DNA of 64,000 nucleotides from an uncultured Leptospirales bacterium (lineage in GTDB: Bacteria; Spirochaetota; UBA4802; UBA5550). Of the stretch, positions 9,698-19,120 are shown piece by piece. Below the pieces are notes generated by a model, which worked only from the letters and a program-made list of their open reading frames with translations, was not told the origin of the DNA and searched no databases. The stretch lies in the NCBI GenBank assembly GCA_964512685.1, contig CAZEJW010000003.1:3168-67167 (forward strand). The letters run 5' to 3'. Position 1 is the stretch's first letter, and every line of letters starts with the position of its first letter. A program made the position numbers and the translations under genes.

Positions 9698-10365
9698 ATA
9701 ACATCCCTCAACTTTCCCTGATCCAGAATACACACCCTGTCAGAGTGTTCATGCATGTATTCCTTGTGCGTTACAACTATAATACCACGGCCTTTTTCCC
9801 TGAGTTTACCCAGCACTTCAAATATTTCTAATGATGTTCTGCGATCGAGATTGGCCGTTGGCTCATCAGCAAGAATAATATCAGGCCTGTTTATAAGGGC
9901 TCTTGCAATTGCCACCCGTTGTTTCTGACCGCCTGATAGGATTGCTGCCTTTGACTTTCTGAACTTATAGATCATGAGATCTGCCATAAGTTCATCAGCA
10001 TAATCCCTGACCTCTCTGCCCAGATTGCCGCTAATACGGGCCGGCAGCAGAATGTTCGAAAGAACGGTTTCATTATTAAGAAGATTGAAGGTTTGATACA
10101 CAAGACCTATATCTCTGTTGCGTCTTCGGGAGCTGGCTAAATCAGTAAATCCACTAACGGTTTTTCCGGATATGGTTACCGTTCCTGAATTTGGTTTTGC
10201 CAGGCCTGCGATTATGTTGAGGAGAGTGGTTTTTCCACAGCCGGACCTTCCTGTCACAGATACAATCTGTCCCTTTTCCAGGGACAGATCAATCCCATCA
10301 AGAATCCATCTCTTTTTTCCGCCTGTGCGGTATTCTTTTTTTATTCCCGAAAGTTGAAGAAGCAT
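9694..10365 (-). CDS. ABC transporter ATP-binding protein (MacB/LolD-like)
   Basis: Walker A GRSGCGKTT, signature LSGGQKQRV, Walker B IILADEPT. Confidence 0.9.
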   Translation of the reverse strand: MLLQLSGIKKEYRTGGKKRWILDGIDLSLEKGQIVSVTGRSGCGKTTLLNIIAGLAKPNSGTVTISGKTVSGFTDLASSRRRNRDIGLVYQTFNLLNNETVLSNILLPARISGNLGREVRDYADELMADLMIYKFRKSKAAILSGGQKQRVAIARALINRPDIILADEPTANLDRRTSLEIFEVLGKLREKGRGIIVVTHKEYMHEHSDRVCILDQGKLRDVI

Positions 10366-10372
10366 ATTTATT

Positions 10373-10618
10373 CTACTGGTATTTTTGACACCTGTTCATG
10401 CAGGATGCAAGAAAGGACTGACATATCATGATGGATTTTTCCCTTGTTCTGTCTTTTTTCTGAAAAGCCCTCTGTCGGCAGTTCCACCACCTGTTTTTAC
10501 AATACTGCTCACAACGGTATCTTTTATCAAAGCTTGCATTCCTCGATGTTCTTGCATCAATGCCGATCATCGTTAGAGGAATTGTAATAATTATCAATGA
10601 TGCTATTATTCGTTTCAT
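10373..10618 (-). CDS. small secreted basic cysteine-rich peptide
   Basis: 81 aa; signal peptide; six Cys arranged C-x3-C-x6-C ... C-x6-C-x3-C; 7-nt and 12-nt gaps to flanking genes. Confidence 0.5.
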   Translation of the reverse strand: MKRIIASLIIITIPLTMIGIDARTSRNASFDKRYRCEQYCKNRWWNCRQRAFQKKDRTREKSIMICQSFLASCMNRCQKYQ

Positions 10619-10630
10619 AACACAACACAG

Positions 10631-10813
10631 TTATTCCGAAAGCAGCTTTCCTCCTGCTGCCCAGTTTTCACGGTCTACTTCTTCAAATACAATATAAGTT
10701 GATGAGGGTTTTTTGCCTGCAACATCGTATAATACTTTCGAAAATTTATCTGCTATTTCTTTTTTCTGATCCTTTGTAAGACTTCCTGCAACCTTGACAT
10801 TTATAAATGGCAT
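10631..10813 (-). CDS. 4-oxalocrotonate tautomerase family protein
   Basis: 60 aa beginning MPFINVKV (catalytic Pro1 after Met removal); typical length and beta-alpha-beta pattern. Confidence 0.8.
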   Translation of the reverse strand: MPFINVKVAGSLTKDQKKEIADKFSKVLYDVAGKKPSSTYIVFEEVDRENWAAGGKLLSE

Positions 10814-10823
10814 ATTTCCTCCA

Positions 10824-12887
10824 TCAGTTTACCACAGGAAGAGAGATTGATAGATCCACCTTGGTTTGAGGTTCACGTTTCAGGTCTGAATGATCCATTA
10901 TATTACGGGCAAGAACCTCTCCGCCATGCTTACTTATTATCTTTTCAATTAAAGTAAGTCCCAGACCAAAGTCAAGAGTTTTATAACGCTCAAAGACCAG
11001 TTTTGAAAGTCTGTAAAAGGGCTCGAAAACCACCCTGCTGTATTCAACCGGAATTCCAACAATTCCATCTTCACCTGTTTCCGGGTCATTTACTATGGAT
11101 ATAACTACATTTTTATTTACCATATATACAAAAACAATAATGATCGTATTCGGCTTGGAAAATTTCATTGCGTTTAGAAGACCTTCATATACGGCCTTGT
11201 AAAGATATTCTTTGTTTATTTTAACATATATATCATGGTAACCGTAAATAAGCTCATTTATCAGTATTCTGTGATTCTTTATATTTCTGAGTTCATCATG
11301 CCCTGTAGCAATAGCTTTAACAAAATTATAGACATCACGAAAAGATACTGTATCGAGCTTGAAATTATTGGTTATTATCCAGTCTATGTTTGCAAAGGTT
11401 TTAAAAGCTTCCTGTGCGACATGCAGATTATTCATCACCAATTCATAGATGCCATTGTCAACAAGCTGTTTGCCATTCTGACGTTCCGCTGTTGAAGAAA
11501 GCATTTCCAGAAGAGAAATGAGAGATCCAAAACCAGCCCCCTGCGTAAAACTGTTATTAATATTCCTGAAAAGAGATTTATCTGTTCTGGAGATATTTCG
11601 CTGCAGCATTTTTTCCTTCCATTCTCTCCAATCGAGTTCCATGTCAACGATATCTATCTTCGATTTATCCAGAGCCTCTCGCACTTTTTCGAGTTCCATC
11701 TGCTCCTTTCGTTTTTGAGTAATATCTTCCCCAATCATGATGTAGTGAGTTATCTCTCCACTGTCATTTTTAAGCGCAAAAAATCTTGCCGCAATATAAT
11801 ACAATTCCCCATTCTTTGTAAGATTATATATTTCGCCCTTCCATTCTTCTCCTCCAGTCATTGTTTCCCATATATCAGGTTCAGGAATAACAGGATTAAC
11901 CCCATCAATAACGCTCATCCCTGCCAGATCATCTATACTGAATCCGGTAATATTAACATACCTCTGATTGACATATTCCACCTTCCCGTCCCGGTCCAGA
12001 ATAACCACACTGTGAGAACTTTGATTTATCGTATGGCTGAAAACTTTCAGATTTTCTTCAACCTGCTCTCTCAGTTTGATTTCCTTTACAAGGAATTCAT
12101 TTACTTCGGTTAGTTCCTCTGTTCTTTCTTTGACCAGATTTTCAAGGTTCTCCTGGTACTCCTTCAACTTCAACTCTGCCATTTTTTTTCCGGTAATATC
12201 ACGAAGAACCACAAGAACAGAATCATTATCAGATTTCATTATTCTTGCTTCAAGATATCTGACCCTGTCTTTTTTCTTCAATGCAAAATCAAATATCTCT
12301 ATTAAGTCCTCATCAAGAACCTTAGCAATTACCTTTTTTGATTTTTCTTTAAGAGATTCAGGCCAGACCTTCTCGGCAATCACGGTATCTATCTTTTCGA
12401 GATAATTTGCCTCCCGGTCGAGTTTAAACATGACATCAGGGATTGCTGCCAGGATATCCTTGTTTCTTTTCTCGCTCTCATGCAGCTTTTGTTCTATATC
12501 AAACCTGTAAAGCGCCATTTCAATAGTGGCCTTCAACATGTCAATATTGTAGGGTTTTAATATATATGCCAGAGGCATTGTTTTTTTGACTCTCTCAAAT
12601 GTAACTTCATCAGATCCGCCTGTTATATAGATGAATGGAATCTTATAATTATTAAATATTTTTTCAGCAGCCTCGATTCCATCGATCTTTCCGCTTAGAG
12701 TGATATCCATAAGCATTAGATCAGGTTTGAGGACACCCGCTATCCGAACGGCATTCTCTCCTGAATCCACTATATCCACTACAGTATAACCACACTTCTC
12801 GAGCAGTTTTTTCAGCAGGATAGCCGATGATCTTTCATCTTCAACAACAAGGATTTTTACATTCGTGCTTTGAGAGTCTGAGCTCAT
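10824..12887 (-). CDS. response-regulator receiver / PAS / histidine-kinase-like ATPase protein
   Basis: REC (KILVVEDE...DLMLMDI...), coiled coil, PAS region, C-terminal HATPase_c boxes (LLNAMKFS, FEPFYR, GLGLTLIEKIISKHGG); ATG at 12887 with AAGGA upstream is preferred to the longer ORF. Confidence 0.8.
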   Translation of the reverse strand: MSSDSQSTNVKILVVEDERSSAILLKKLLEKCGYTVVDIVDSGENAVRIAGVLKPDLMLMDITLSGKIDGIEAAEKIFNNYKIPFIYITGGSDEVTFERVKKTMPLAYILKPYNIDMLKATIEMALYRFDIEQKLHESEKRNKDILAAIPDVMFKLDREANYLEKIDTVIAEKVWPESLKEKSKKVIAKVLDEDLIEIFDFALKKKDRVRYLEARIMKSDNDSVLVVLRDITGKKMAELKLKEYQENLENLVKERTEELTEVNEFLVKEIKLREQVEENLKVFSHTINQSSHSVVILDRDGKVEYVNQRYVNITGFSIDDLAGMSVIDGVNPVIPEPDIWETMTGGEEWKGEIYNLTKNGELYYIAARFFALKNDSGEITHYIMIGEDITQKRKEQMELEKVREALDKSKIDIVDMELDWREWKEKMLQRNISRTDKSLFRNINNSFTQGAGFGSLISLLEMLSSTAERQNGKQLVDNGIYELVMNNLHVAQEAFKTFANIDWIITNNFKLDTVSFRDVYNFVKAIATGHDELRNIKNHRILINELIYGYHDIYVKINKEYLYKAVYEGLLNAMKFSKPNTIIIVFVYMVNKNVVISIVNDPETGEDGIVGIPVEYSRVVFEPFYRLSKLVFERYKTLDFGLGLTLIEKIISKHGGEVLARNIMDHSDLKREPQTKVDLSISLPVVN

Positions 12888-13129
12888 TAAAATTTTCCTT
12901 TTTTTCCATTTACACATATTGTATATCCTGATCTGAATAAAAGTCAATACTCTGCAAAAAGTTTTTTTGTATCTTACCGGGAATCATCAGTTGATCAGTA
13001 AAAGGTTGCTTTTTTTTATTTACATATTTTTATAAAGCTGTAGGATGGGTACATTAAGTACATTTGATTGCGACTCTCGCCTCTAATTTTAATACATGAC
13101 TCAAGAACATTGCAGGAAGGACTTCCACG

Positions 13130-14491
13130 ATGACAGAAGATGTTTACCCACCTGAAGAATTGGAAAACCACATAAACAGGGTCAGCGGTTTTCTTGATCC
13201 GGTTTCGATGAACCGGATAATTAATAAACTGACCGACTACGCAGAAACCATTCCTGAGGGTAAACTTGCCGGAATAATTAACTTTAACTTCAGTCTCGAC
13301 AGTCACCAGACAAACACTGTTATAGATCTGCTTCTCGAAGTTCAGGCACTGACCAAAATAAACAATATTGCTCAAAAAGGTACCCGTGACCTGGAAGAAG
13401 AATTTGTATCGAATGTGATATCTGACACAATAACCCCTGAAAACATATCATCATATATAAGCATTCGCAATATAATCGAAAACAGACTCAGCCATCAGCT
13501 CCAGCAGTACAACATGAACATGAACAAGGCCAACACTACAATGGCCATGCCTCTCAACGAGCTAAGGGGGCACGTAAAAACCTTTATAGATCTCAGCAGA
13601 AGTCATGTAACGGTATCTGCAAAGGCTCAACACGGATATATTGCAGCATCATTACATGATGCCTATATCGTTTTCATCAAAAGAGATGACTGGTGGAATG
13701 ACAGAACTTACATGAAATTTTTCTTTAATGAAGAAGATCTTTCCGCAAACAATAATTATCTTATATCCAGAAAAAAAAGACTCTCTGTGCAGGAAATCAA
13801 CAAGAATGTTCAGAAACTTATCGAGTATTACACAGAACTTAAATCCAAAAAAGTTCCTGAACCCGGAGCAGATAATAAGGCTGACAAAAGAGAGGATATA
13901 ACCTTTGAAATATCCACGAATAAAGAAGAGACAAAGAGTCAGAGTTCAGGCTATAACGACCGAATGCTGTTGACACCCTTTGGACAGCAGTATGGAAACA
14001 AAATCGATAAAGTAATAGAAAATATTTTCAGCATTGAAAGACAAAAAAAATCAGAAAATTTCGACGAAGAAAAATACAGAGTCTGGACAGCGTCAAACTT
14101 CGAGGAGTTTATTGTAAATGAAGAAATAATAAGATCGGGTATCCATGATATTGATATTATTCAACTTGTGGATTTTCTGATATTTTCAGATTACACTGTA
14201 AAATCTTTTACTGAAAAATTCATATATGGAAACAGGAAAGAACCATTTACACGTTTTTATAACGAAGAGACAAAAAAAAGAGTGGATGAATTCATAACAT
14301 CTCTCTTTACAGTTTACTTCAACCATGAATTTGCAACAGTATTCAGAATAATAAAAAGCACTGAACTGAAAAAATTTGCATGCGCATTCATACTCAAGAG
14401 AATCTACCTGAAGCAAGGAGAAGAACTCACCACATTCGGATACTTTCTCATCAAAACTATCGGCAAAGCTGGTAAAATCAGGGTAGATTGA
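13130..14491 (+). CDS. hypothetical protein
   Basis: 453-aa ORF with ordinary amino-acid composition, no competing ORF, no recognisable domain. Confidence 0.55.
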   Translation: MTEDVYPPEELENHINRVSGFLDPVSMNRIINKLTDYAETIPEGKLAGIINFNFSLDSHQTNTVIDLLLEVQALTKINNIAQKGTRDLEEEFVSNVISDTITPENISSYISIRNIIENRLSHQLQQYNMNMNKANTTMAMPLNELRGHVKTFIDLSRSHVTVSAKAQHGYIAASLHDAYIVFIKRDDWWNDRTYMKFFFNEEDLSANNNYLISRKKRLSVQEINKNVQKLIEYYTELKSKKVPEPGADNKADKREDITFEISTNKEETKSQSSGYNDRMLLTPFGQQYGNKIDKVIENIFSIERQKKSENFDEEKYRVWTASNFEEFIVNEEIIRSGIHDIDIIQLVDFLIFSDYTVKSFTEKFIYGNRKEPFTRFYNEETKKRVDEFITSLFTVYFNHEFATVFRIIKSTELKKFACAFILKRIYLKQGEELTTFGYFLIKTIGKAGKIRVD

Positions 14492-14497
14492 ACCACG

Positions 14498-14956
14498 CTA
14501 TACGAATTTCATCACTCTGGGATGTACCAGGCGTTCAAAATCATCATACCTGAGTTTTATTAGCTCAGTATGGTTGCCGGCATTAAACACGATTTCTTCA
14601 TCCTCTCTGAGATCTTCTGAAATAAAGACATCTACACCATAGAGATTACCGAAAGGTGGCATACCTCCGGTTTCACAGTCCGGGAAAAGCTCAGCAAACT
14701 CTTCTTCGTGAGCAAGCTCTACTCTGTGAGCTAAAAATGTCGACTTGAGATTTCTGAAATTAATTTTATGATTGGATGGAACAACAACCATTATCAATTT
14801 ATCGTCGACTTTTACCATAACCGGTTTAGCCAGCATTTTGCCCGGCACATGAGCAGTATGAGCAATACGGTCAGAACTATACGCCGGTCTGTGAGCAATA
14901 CTCTGGTAATTGATGTGATTTCTTGTAAGATATTCCCTCAATCTTTCACCCTTCAT
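14498..14956 (-). CDS. YbaK/aminoacyl-tRNA-synthetase-associated (deacylase-like) domain protein
   Basis: 152 aa; pattern KPVMVKVDDKLIMVVVPSNHKINFRNL ... GGMPPFG ... resembles the YbaK/ProX fold family. Confidence 0.65.
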   Translation of the reverse strand: MKGERLREYLTRNHINYQSIAHRPAYSSDRIAHTAHVPGKMLAKPVMVKVDDKLIMVVVPSNHKINFRNLKSTFLAHRVELAHEEEFAELFPDCETGGMPPFGNLYGVDVFISEDLREDEEIVFNAGNHTELIKLRYDDFERLVHPRVMKFV

Positions 14957-15240
14957 AATCTCCTCCCTGTTAACTTCTTTGGATGAAAACCAATTTTGCT
15001 TCTACTCAATAAATATAAACAAAACCGGCGGAATAAAAAAATTTCAATTATCAGGAAATCTGAATTTATCAAAACAGTAAATTTAATAAAATGGCTTAGG
15101 TAAAATGATTATAATTTTAAAAGAAGATATCATGCTGTGGTTGAAGACTCGTAAGCCGAAGGCAAAAAATGAACTGATTGCAATAATTCACCTGATTAGA
15201 GCAGATAAGGATAAAAAGGCAGACTAAAAGCGGATCAATA

Positions 15241-17292
15241 CTATTTCATCAGTTTTTTTTCAAAATCTTCAGGAGCCATTGGTTTATAGAAATAAAACCC
15301 CTGTATTTTATCACATCCCATATCTCCAAAGAGCTTCTCGACCTGCTCAATGTTTTCGACTCCTTCAGCAACAACCCGGTAGTTAAAACAGTGAACCATC
15401 TGAATTGTATGATTTACGAGCTTTTCATAATCACTGTCATTCGCCACTTCATCAATATAGGATTTATCGAGCTTGATTGTATCTATAGCAAGTTTGGGAA
15501 GCTTACTGAGAGAAGAATAGTCTATGCCAAAATCATCAATTGCAATGGATATTCCCAGACCTCTAAGAGCCTCGAGGATACTGACATTCTCTTCTTTAAC
15601 TGTCTCTCTTTCTGTTATTTCCAGCTCAAGTGATCCAGGGGGAAGACCGGTTCTCTCAAGAACGCCAGACACAAATTCAGGAAAATATACAGTGAGCTGA
15701 CTTGGAGAAACATTGACTGCACCCTGGATATCCCTGTACTGAGAGAATTTTAACTGCCATTCTCTTGTCTGAGAACATGCTTCTTTGATAACCCAGTTGC
15801 CTATCTCGCTGATCAGACCCAATTCCTCTGCTGCCTTTATAAAACGATCCGGCATAACAATATTCTGATCAGGACAATTCCACCTCTTACATTTCCACCT
15901 TATAAGCGCTTCCATGCCGGTGATAGTTCCATCTTTTGTAACCTTTGGCTGATAATGAAGGATAAAATTGCAGCATTTCTCTATTTTGACAGCATATGCA
16001 AGATCCTTAACGAAATCGATTCCTTCCCGCATTTCCAGGTGAGACTTTTCATCATAAAACATATACTCCCTGTTTTTGAGTTTTGCTTCCTTACATGAAT
16101 ATCTGCTGTTATTGATTATCTTTGCTGCATTTGAACCATTGTAGTCATCAGGATAAAAGGTGATGCCTGCATGAACATCAAGATGAATATTCTTCACGAA
16201 GTCCCTTGAAAAAACTCCAAGAGCCTTATTTATCAGTTTAACTGAATTTTTTATCTCAAGTTTACCAGGCAATAAATGGAATGAAATATATTCATTGTCT
16301 GCAATCCTGCCAATAGAATCCTCCTTAAAAAAAACAGCCTTTAGCCTTTCTGCAATCTCCATTGGAATTGTATTGATAAGGGCCCTGTCAAGGTCAGGCT
16401 CCATGTTCTTGAGAATATTTATTTCATCATCTTTTATATGAATAGTAAGTATGGCGAGTTTTTTGTTTCTAAGACTGACATTCAGTATTTCCTCATCCAG
16501 GCGAGAGAGGAATCCCTTGTAATTGAGGAGACCGGTTAATTCGTCATGATTCTGGAGATATTCATACCGCTTCCTTTCAGTAATATCCTGCATCACAACA
16601 GTTGAAAAAAAATCATCTCCGGTTCTGTAAGATCCTGAAAAAAATTCAATATCAATAATATCTCCATTTTTTCTCATGGCCTTTGCTTCGCACTTTTCAC
16701 TTCCGCGCTCTCTGATATTTTCAAGAATCTTTTCATGATAATCCGAAAGCGCCAGGTTCAAAACAGAAGAATTTACTATTTCATCGAGTTCGTATCCGAA
16801 TAATTCAGTAAAGGCTTTATTTGCATCAAAAATTATTCCACTGTCATGGAATACTATTGCCTCGAGTGCAGTATCAGAAAGCCGGCGAAAACGCTCCTCA
16901 CTTTTTCGAAGCCGGTCTTCCAGAGACCTCCTCATCGAGATGTCGAAAATTATTCCACGCATCCCCACGATTTTCGAATCTCTCTTAACCGGGCTGGCAG
17001 AAATCCTTACAGGAAAATCAATCTCGTAATTCCGGGTGGATATGTTGAATTCTCCAAACCAGTAAGTCATTCCGCTTTTAAAATAATCGATTATTGAATA
17101 CTTAAGTGCAGATATTGTCTGTTCTGAAACAAAATCAAAAGAACTCATTCCCAGAAGTTCTTCTTTAGGCAGGCCAAGAATTTCCTCGCCTCTTGAGTTG
17201 ATATAGATTATCACTCCATCTCTGTCCAGCTCAAAAATGACTTCAGGGAGAGATTCTACAAAGTCAATGTATTTTATGTCAGAGTGTTTCAA
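15241..17292 (-). CDS. PAS-PAS / degenerate GGDEF / EAL c-di-GMP phosphodiesterase
   Basis: EAL motifs intact (EALIRW, DDFG, KLDKSYI, EGVE, QGFYF); GGDEF signature replaced by ADNEY. Confidence 0.85.
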   Translation of the reverse strand: MKHSDIKYIDFVESLPEVIFELDRDGVIIYINSRGEEILGLPKEELLGMSSFDFVSEQTISALKYSIIDYFKSGMTYWFGEFNISTRNYEIDFPVRISASPVKRDSKIVGMRGIIFDISMRRSLEDRLRKSEERFRRLSDTALEAIVFHDSGIIFDANKAFTELFGYELDEIVNSSVLNLALSDYHEKILENIRERGSEKCEAKAMRKNGDIIDIEFFSGSYRTGDDFFSTVVMQDITERKRYEYLQNHDELTGLLNYKGFLSRLDEEILNVSLRNKKLAILTIHIKDDEINILKNMEPDLDRALINTIPMEIAERLKAVFFKEDSIGRIADNEYISFHLLPGKLEIKNSVKLINKALGVFSRDFVKNIHLDVHAGITFYPDDYNGSNAAKIINNSRYSCKEAKLKNREYMFYDEKSHLEMREGIDFVKDLAYAVKIEKCCNFILHYQPKVTKDGTITGMEALIRWKCKRWNCPDQNIVMPDRFIKAAEELGLISEIGNWVIKEACSQTREWQLKFSQYRDIQGAVNVSPSQLTVYFPEFVSGVLERTGLPPGSLELEITERETVKEENVSILEALRGLGISIAIDDFGIDYSSLSKLPKLAIDTIKLDKSYIDEVANDSDYEKLVNHTIQMVHCFNYRVVAEGVENIEQVEKLFGDMGCDKIQGFYFYKPMAPEDFEKKLMK

Positions 17293-17445
17293 GTTATCAA
17301 CCAGAGAAAGGGAAACAGATTATTTTAATTTTAATTTGAAGAGAAGGGGGCTTTGAGTCAACAATAATTGCATATAACGGATAAAATTTAAGGAATTATA
17401 TCATCCCCCACAGACAGGAGAGGCTTCATAAAGCCTGGAAGAATA

Positions 17446-17488
17446 ATCATGACTGATCAGGCATTACTGCCGGGATATCAGTCATGAT
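17446..17488 (-). terminator. 12-bp perfect inverted repeat downstream of pilZ
   Basis: ATCATGACTGAT (17446-17457) / ATCAGTCATGAT (17477-17488), 19-nt loop, 8 nt after the PilZ stop; a second small hairpin AGGCTT-CATA-AAGCCT lies at 17421-17436. Confidence 0.45.
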
Positions 17489-17495
17489 ATCTCAA

Positions 17496-17810
17496 TTAAA
17501 AATTTTTTTTCAGGAGATCCATTTCTTCAGGTGACATGCCAATAAATTCAATGCCCATACCTGATTTTCTGGATTCATCATCATCTTCCCTTATCCACCT
17601 GACGCGCCCTTTTATATCAACAGGTTCTTCATTGCCGGGGATATACATTCTCAAAGATATCTCTGCTCCTTCCTTGAGTGGCTCCGGGGTAGAGATAAAC
17701 ATCCCTCCCTGGCTTAAATCAGCAGAAGTGCTGAATGTTAGGCCATCCTGTGAGTGAACCTCTGATTTAATATTCCTGGCAAAACGTTCTTCTTTTCGTT
17801 TTTCATCCAT
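17496..17810 (-). CDS. PilZ domain c-di-GMP-binding protein
   Basis: RKEER (RxxxR) and DLSQGG (DxSxxG) motifs at the correct spacing; 104 aa. Confidence 0.8.
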   Translation of the reverse strand: MDEKRKEERFARNIKSEVHSQDGLTFSTSADLSQGGMFISTPEPLKEGAEISLRMYIPGNEEPVDIKGRVRWIREDDDESRKSGMGIEFIGMSPEEMDLLKKNF

Positions 17811-17888
17811 ATACGTTACTCCTCTTTAATTCACTTAAAATACACCCGGCATACTGCTTTATTTATTCACATACATCATATATACATA

Positions 17889-17918
17889 TTGACAAATATT
17901 ACAATTATTTTTTATAAT
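17889..17918 (+). promoter_or_regulatory. sigma70-like promoter candidate
   Basis: TTGACA (17889-17894), 18-nt spacer, TATAAT (17913-17918), about 125 nt upstream of the 18043 start. Confidence 0.35.
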
Positions 17919-18042
17919 GAGATTCATTGACATGTCTTATCTATGAATAGAACCACTCCGGATCTCTTGAAATATATTGGCATTTGATCCAAATTTTTAG
18001 TCATTTCTTTAAACAATAAAAACCAATAATCTGAAAAAATTA

Positions 18043-18642
18043 ATGAATACCGTTCAATCGAAAATATTCTACCTTAAAAAAAAGGTCATCTTTCCTCACT
18101 GTTCAATAAAAGTTGCCCTGGGTTCCTCTGATACTTCAAGAGAAATAACAAAAGGTGAAAAAATTCTCGCTTATCCGATAAGAAGCATTGCAGATATTAT
18201 CCTTGCCCGCAACCATATTGCGGTTCTTTCCGAAATTATTGAAATTGAACAAAAAGACGAAAGGGTTACTCTTGAGCTAAAGGGAATTGCCAGAGTAAAA
18301 ATCATTAAAATATTCAACCTGAACAGGGCAGAGTATTATCTGCTCAGAGAAAATGATCCTGATCCAATGCCGGAAATTCTGGACACTCTCAGGAAGAAAG
18401 CACAACAGCTGGTTTTTTTGATTAATGTCAATGAATCAGATAAACTGATAAGGCTTATGAACTACCTTTTTAATCTGAGTCAGTTGGCGGATTTCATTGC
18501 CAATTACTTTATTCTTGATTTCAAAAGCAGGTATAAACTCCTGTATGAATCTGACGTAAAAAAAAGAAGCAAAAAATTAATACATAAACTCGAACTGCTG
18601 ATTATTGAGATAACAAAAAAAAAAGAAGATAAAATATCATGA
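18043..18642 (+). CDS. stand-alone Lon N-terminal (substrate-binding) domain protein
   Basis: Collinear by eye with the E. coli Lon N-domain (VIFPHCSIKVALG ~ VVYPHMVIPLFVG; LELKGIARVKI ~ VLVEGLQRARI; LSQLADFIANYF ~ PARLADTIAAHM); no AAA+ or protease part. Confidence 0.65.
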   Translation: MNTVQSKIFYLKKKVIFPHCSIKVALGSSDTSREITKGEKILAYPIRSIADIILARNHIAVLSEIIEIEQKDERVTLELKGIARVKIIKIFNLNRAEYYLLRENDPDPMPEILDTLRKKAQQLVFLINVNESDKLIRLMNYLFNLSQLADFIANYFILDFKSRYKLLYESDVKKRSKKLIHKLELLIIEITKKKEDKIS

Positions 18643-19106
18643 AAAAGGAACTTTTTGACAACAAGGTTAAATACTCACTTGCATGGTCAAAATTATATAA
18701 ATACGATAAATATGTAGTGCGTTCAAAAATCCCCGATCTGCCCGGCCTGGTATTCCTGGTTGAGAAGAAAGGCAGTTCCATCAATGAACTACTGATCTAT
18801 TCCTGCTGGAGAGAGGGCTGCAGAACCGGCCTGAACCGTCTGCTTGACCCAATCATTACCGGAAACGACCACCTGAGAAAATCACTGGAAGGCAGAAACA
18901 TCTATTTTAAATACACTGTTACTGATACTAATTACAGGGATGTTCAGGATGTAATGGCGTCATTAATAAGAAGATACCAGCCCGAATTAAACGATGCTTC
19001 ATATAACGGTACAGGCAGATATGAGAGCATCTACCTGTACGAAACCGAAAGATCTGAAGAAGATATTATTGAAAAAATCCCCGGGCGTAACATTCACGGA
19101 AGGTAG
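18639..19106 (+). CDS. hypothetical protein
   Basis: 155 aa; ATGA start/stop overlap with the Lon-N gene; no confident domain. Confidence 0.5.
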   Translation: MKKELFDNKVKYSLAWSKLYKYDKYVVRSKIPDLPGLVFLVEKKGSSINELLIYSCWREGCRTGLNRLLDPIITGNDHLRKSLEGRNIYFKYTVTDTNYRDVQDVMASLIRRYQPELNDASYNGTGRYESIYLYETERSEEDIIEKIPGRNIHGR

Positions 19107-19120
19107 CCGGAAGCTGGCCA

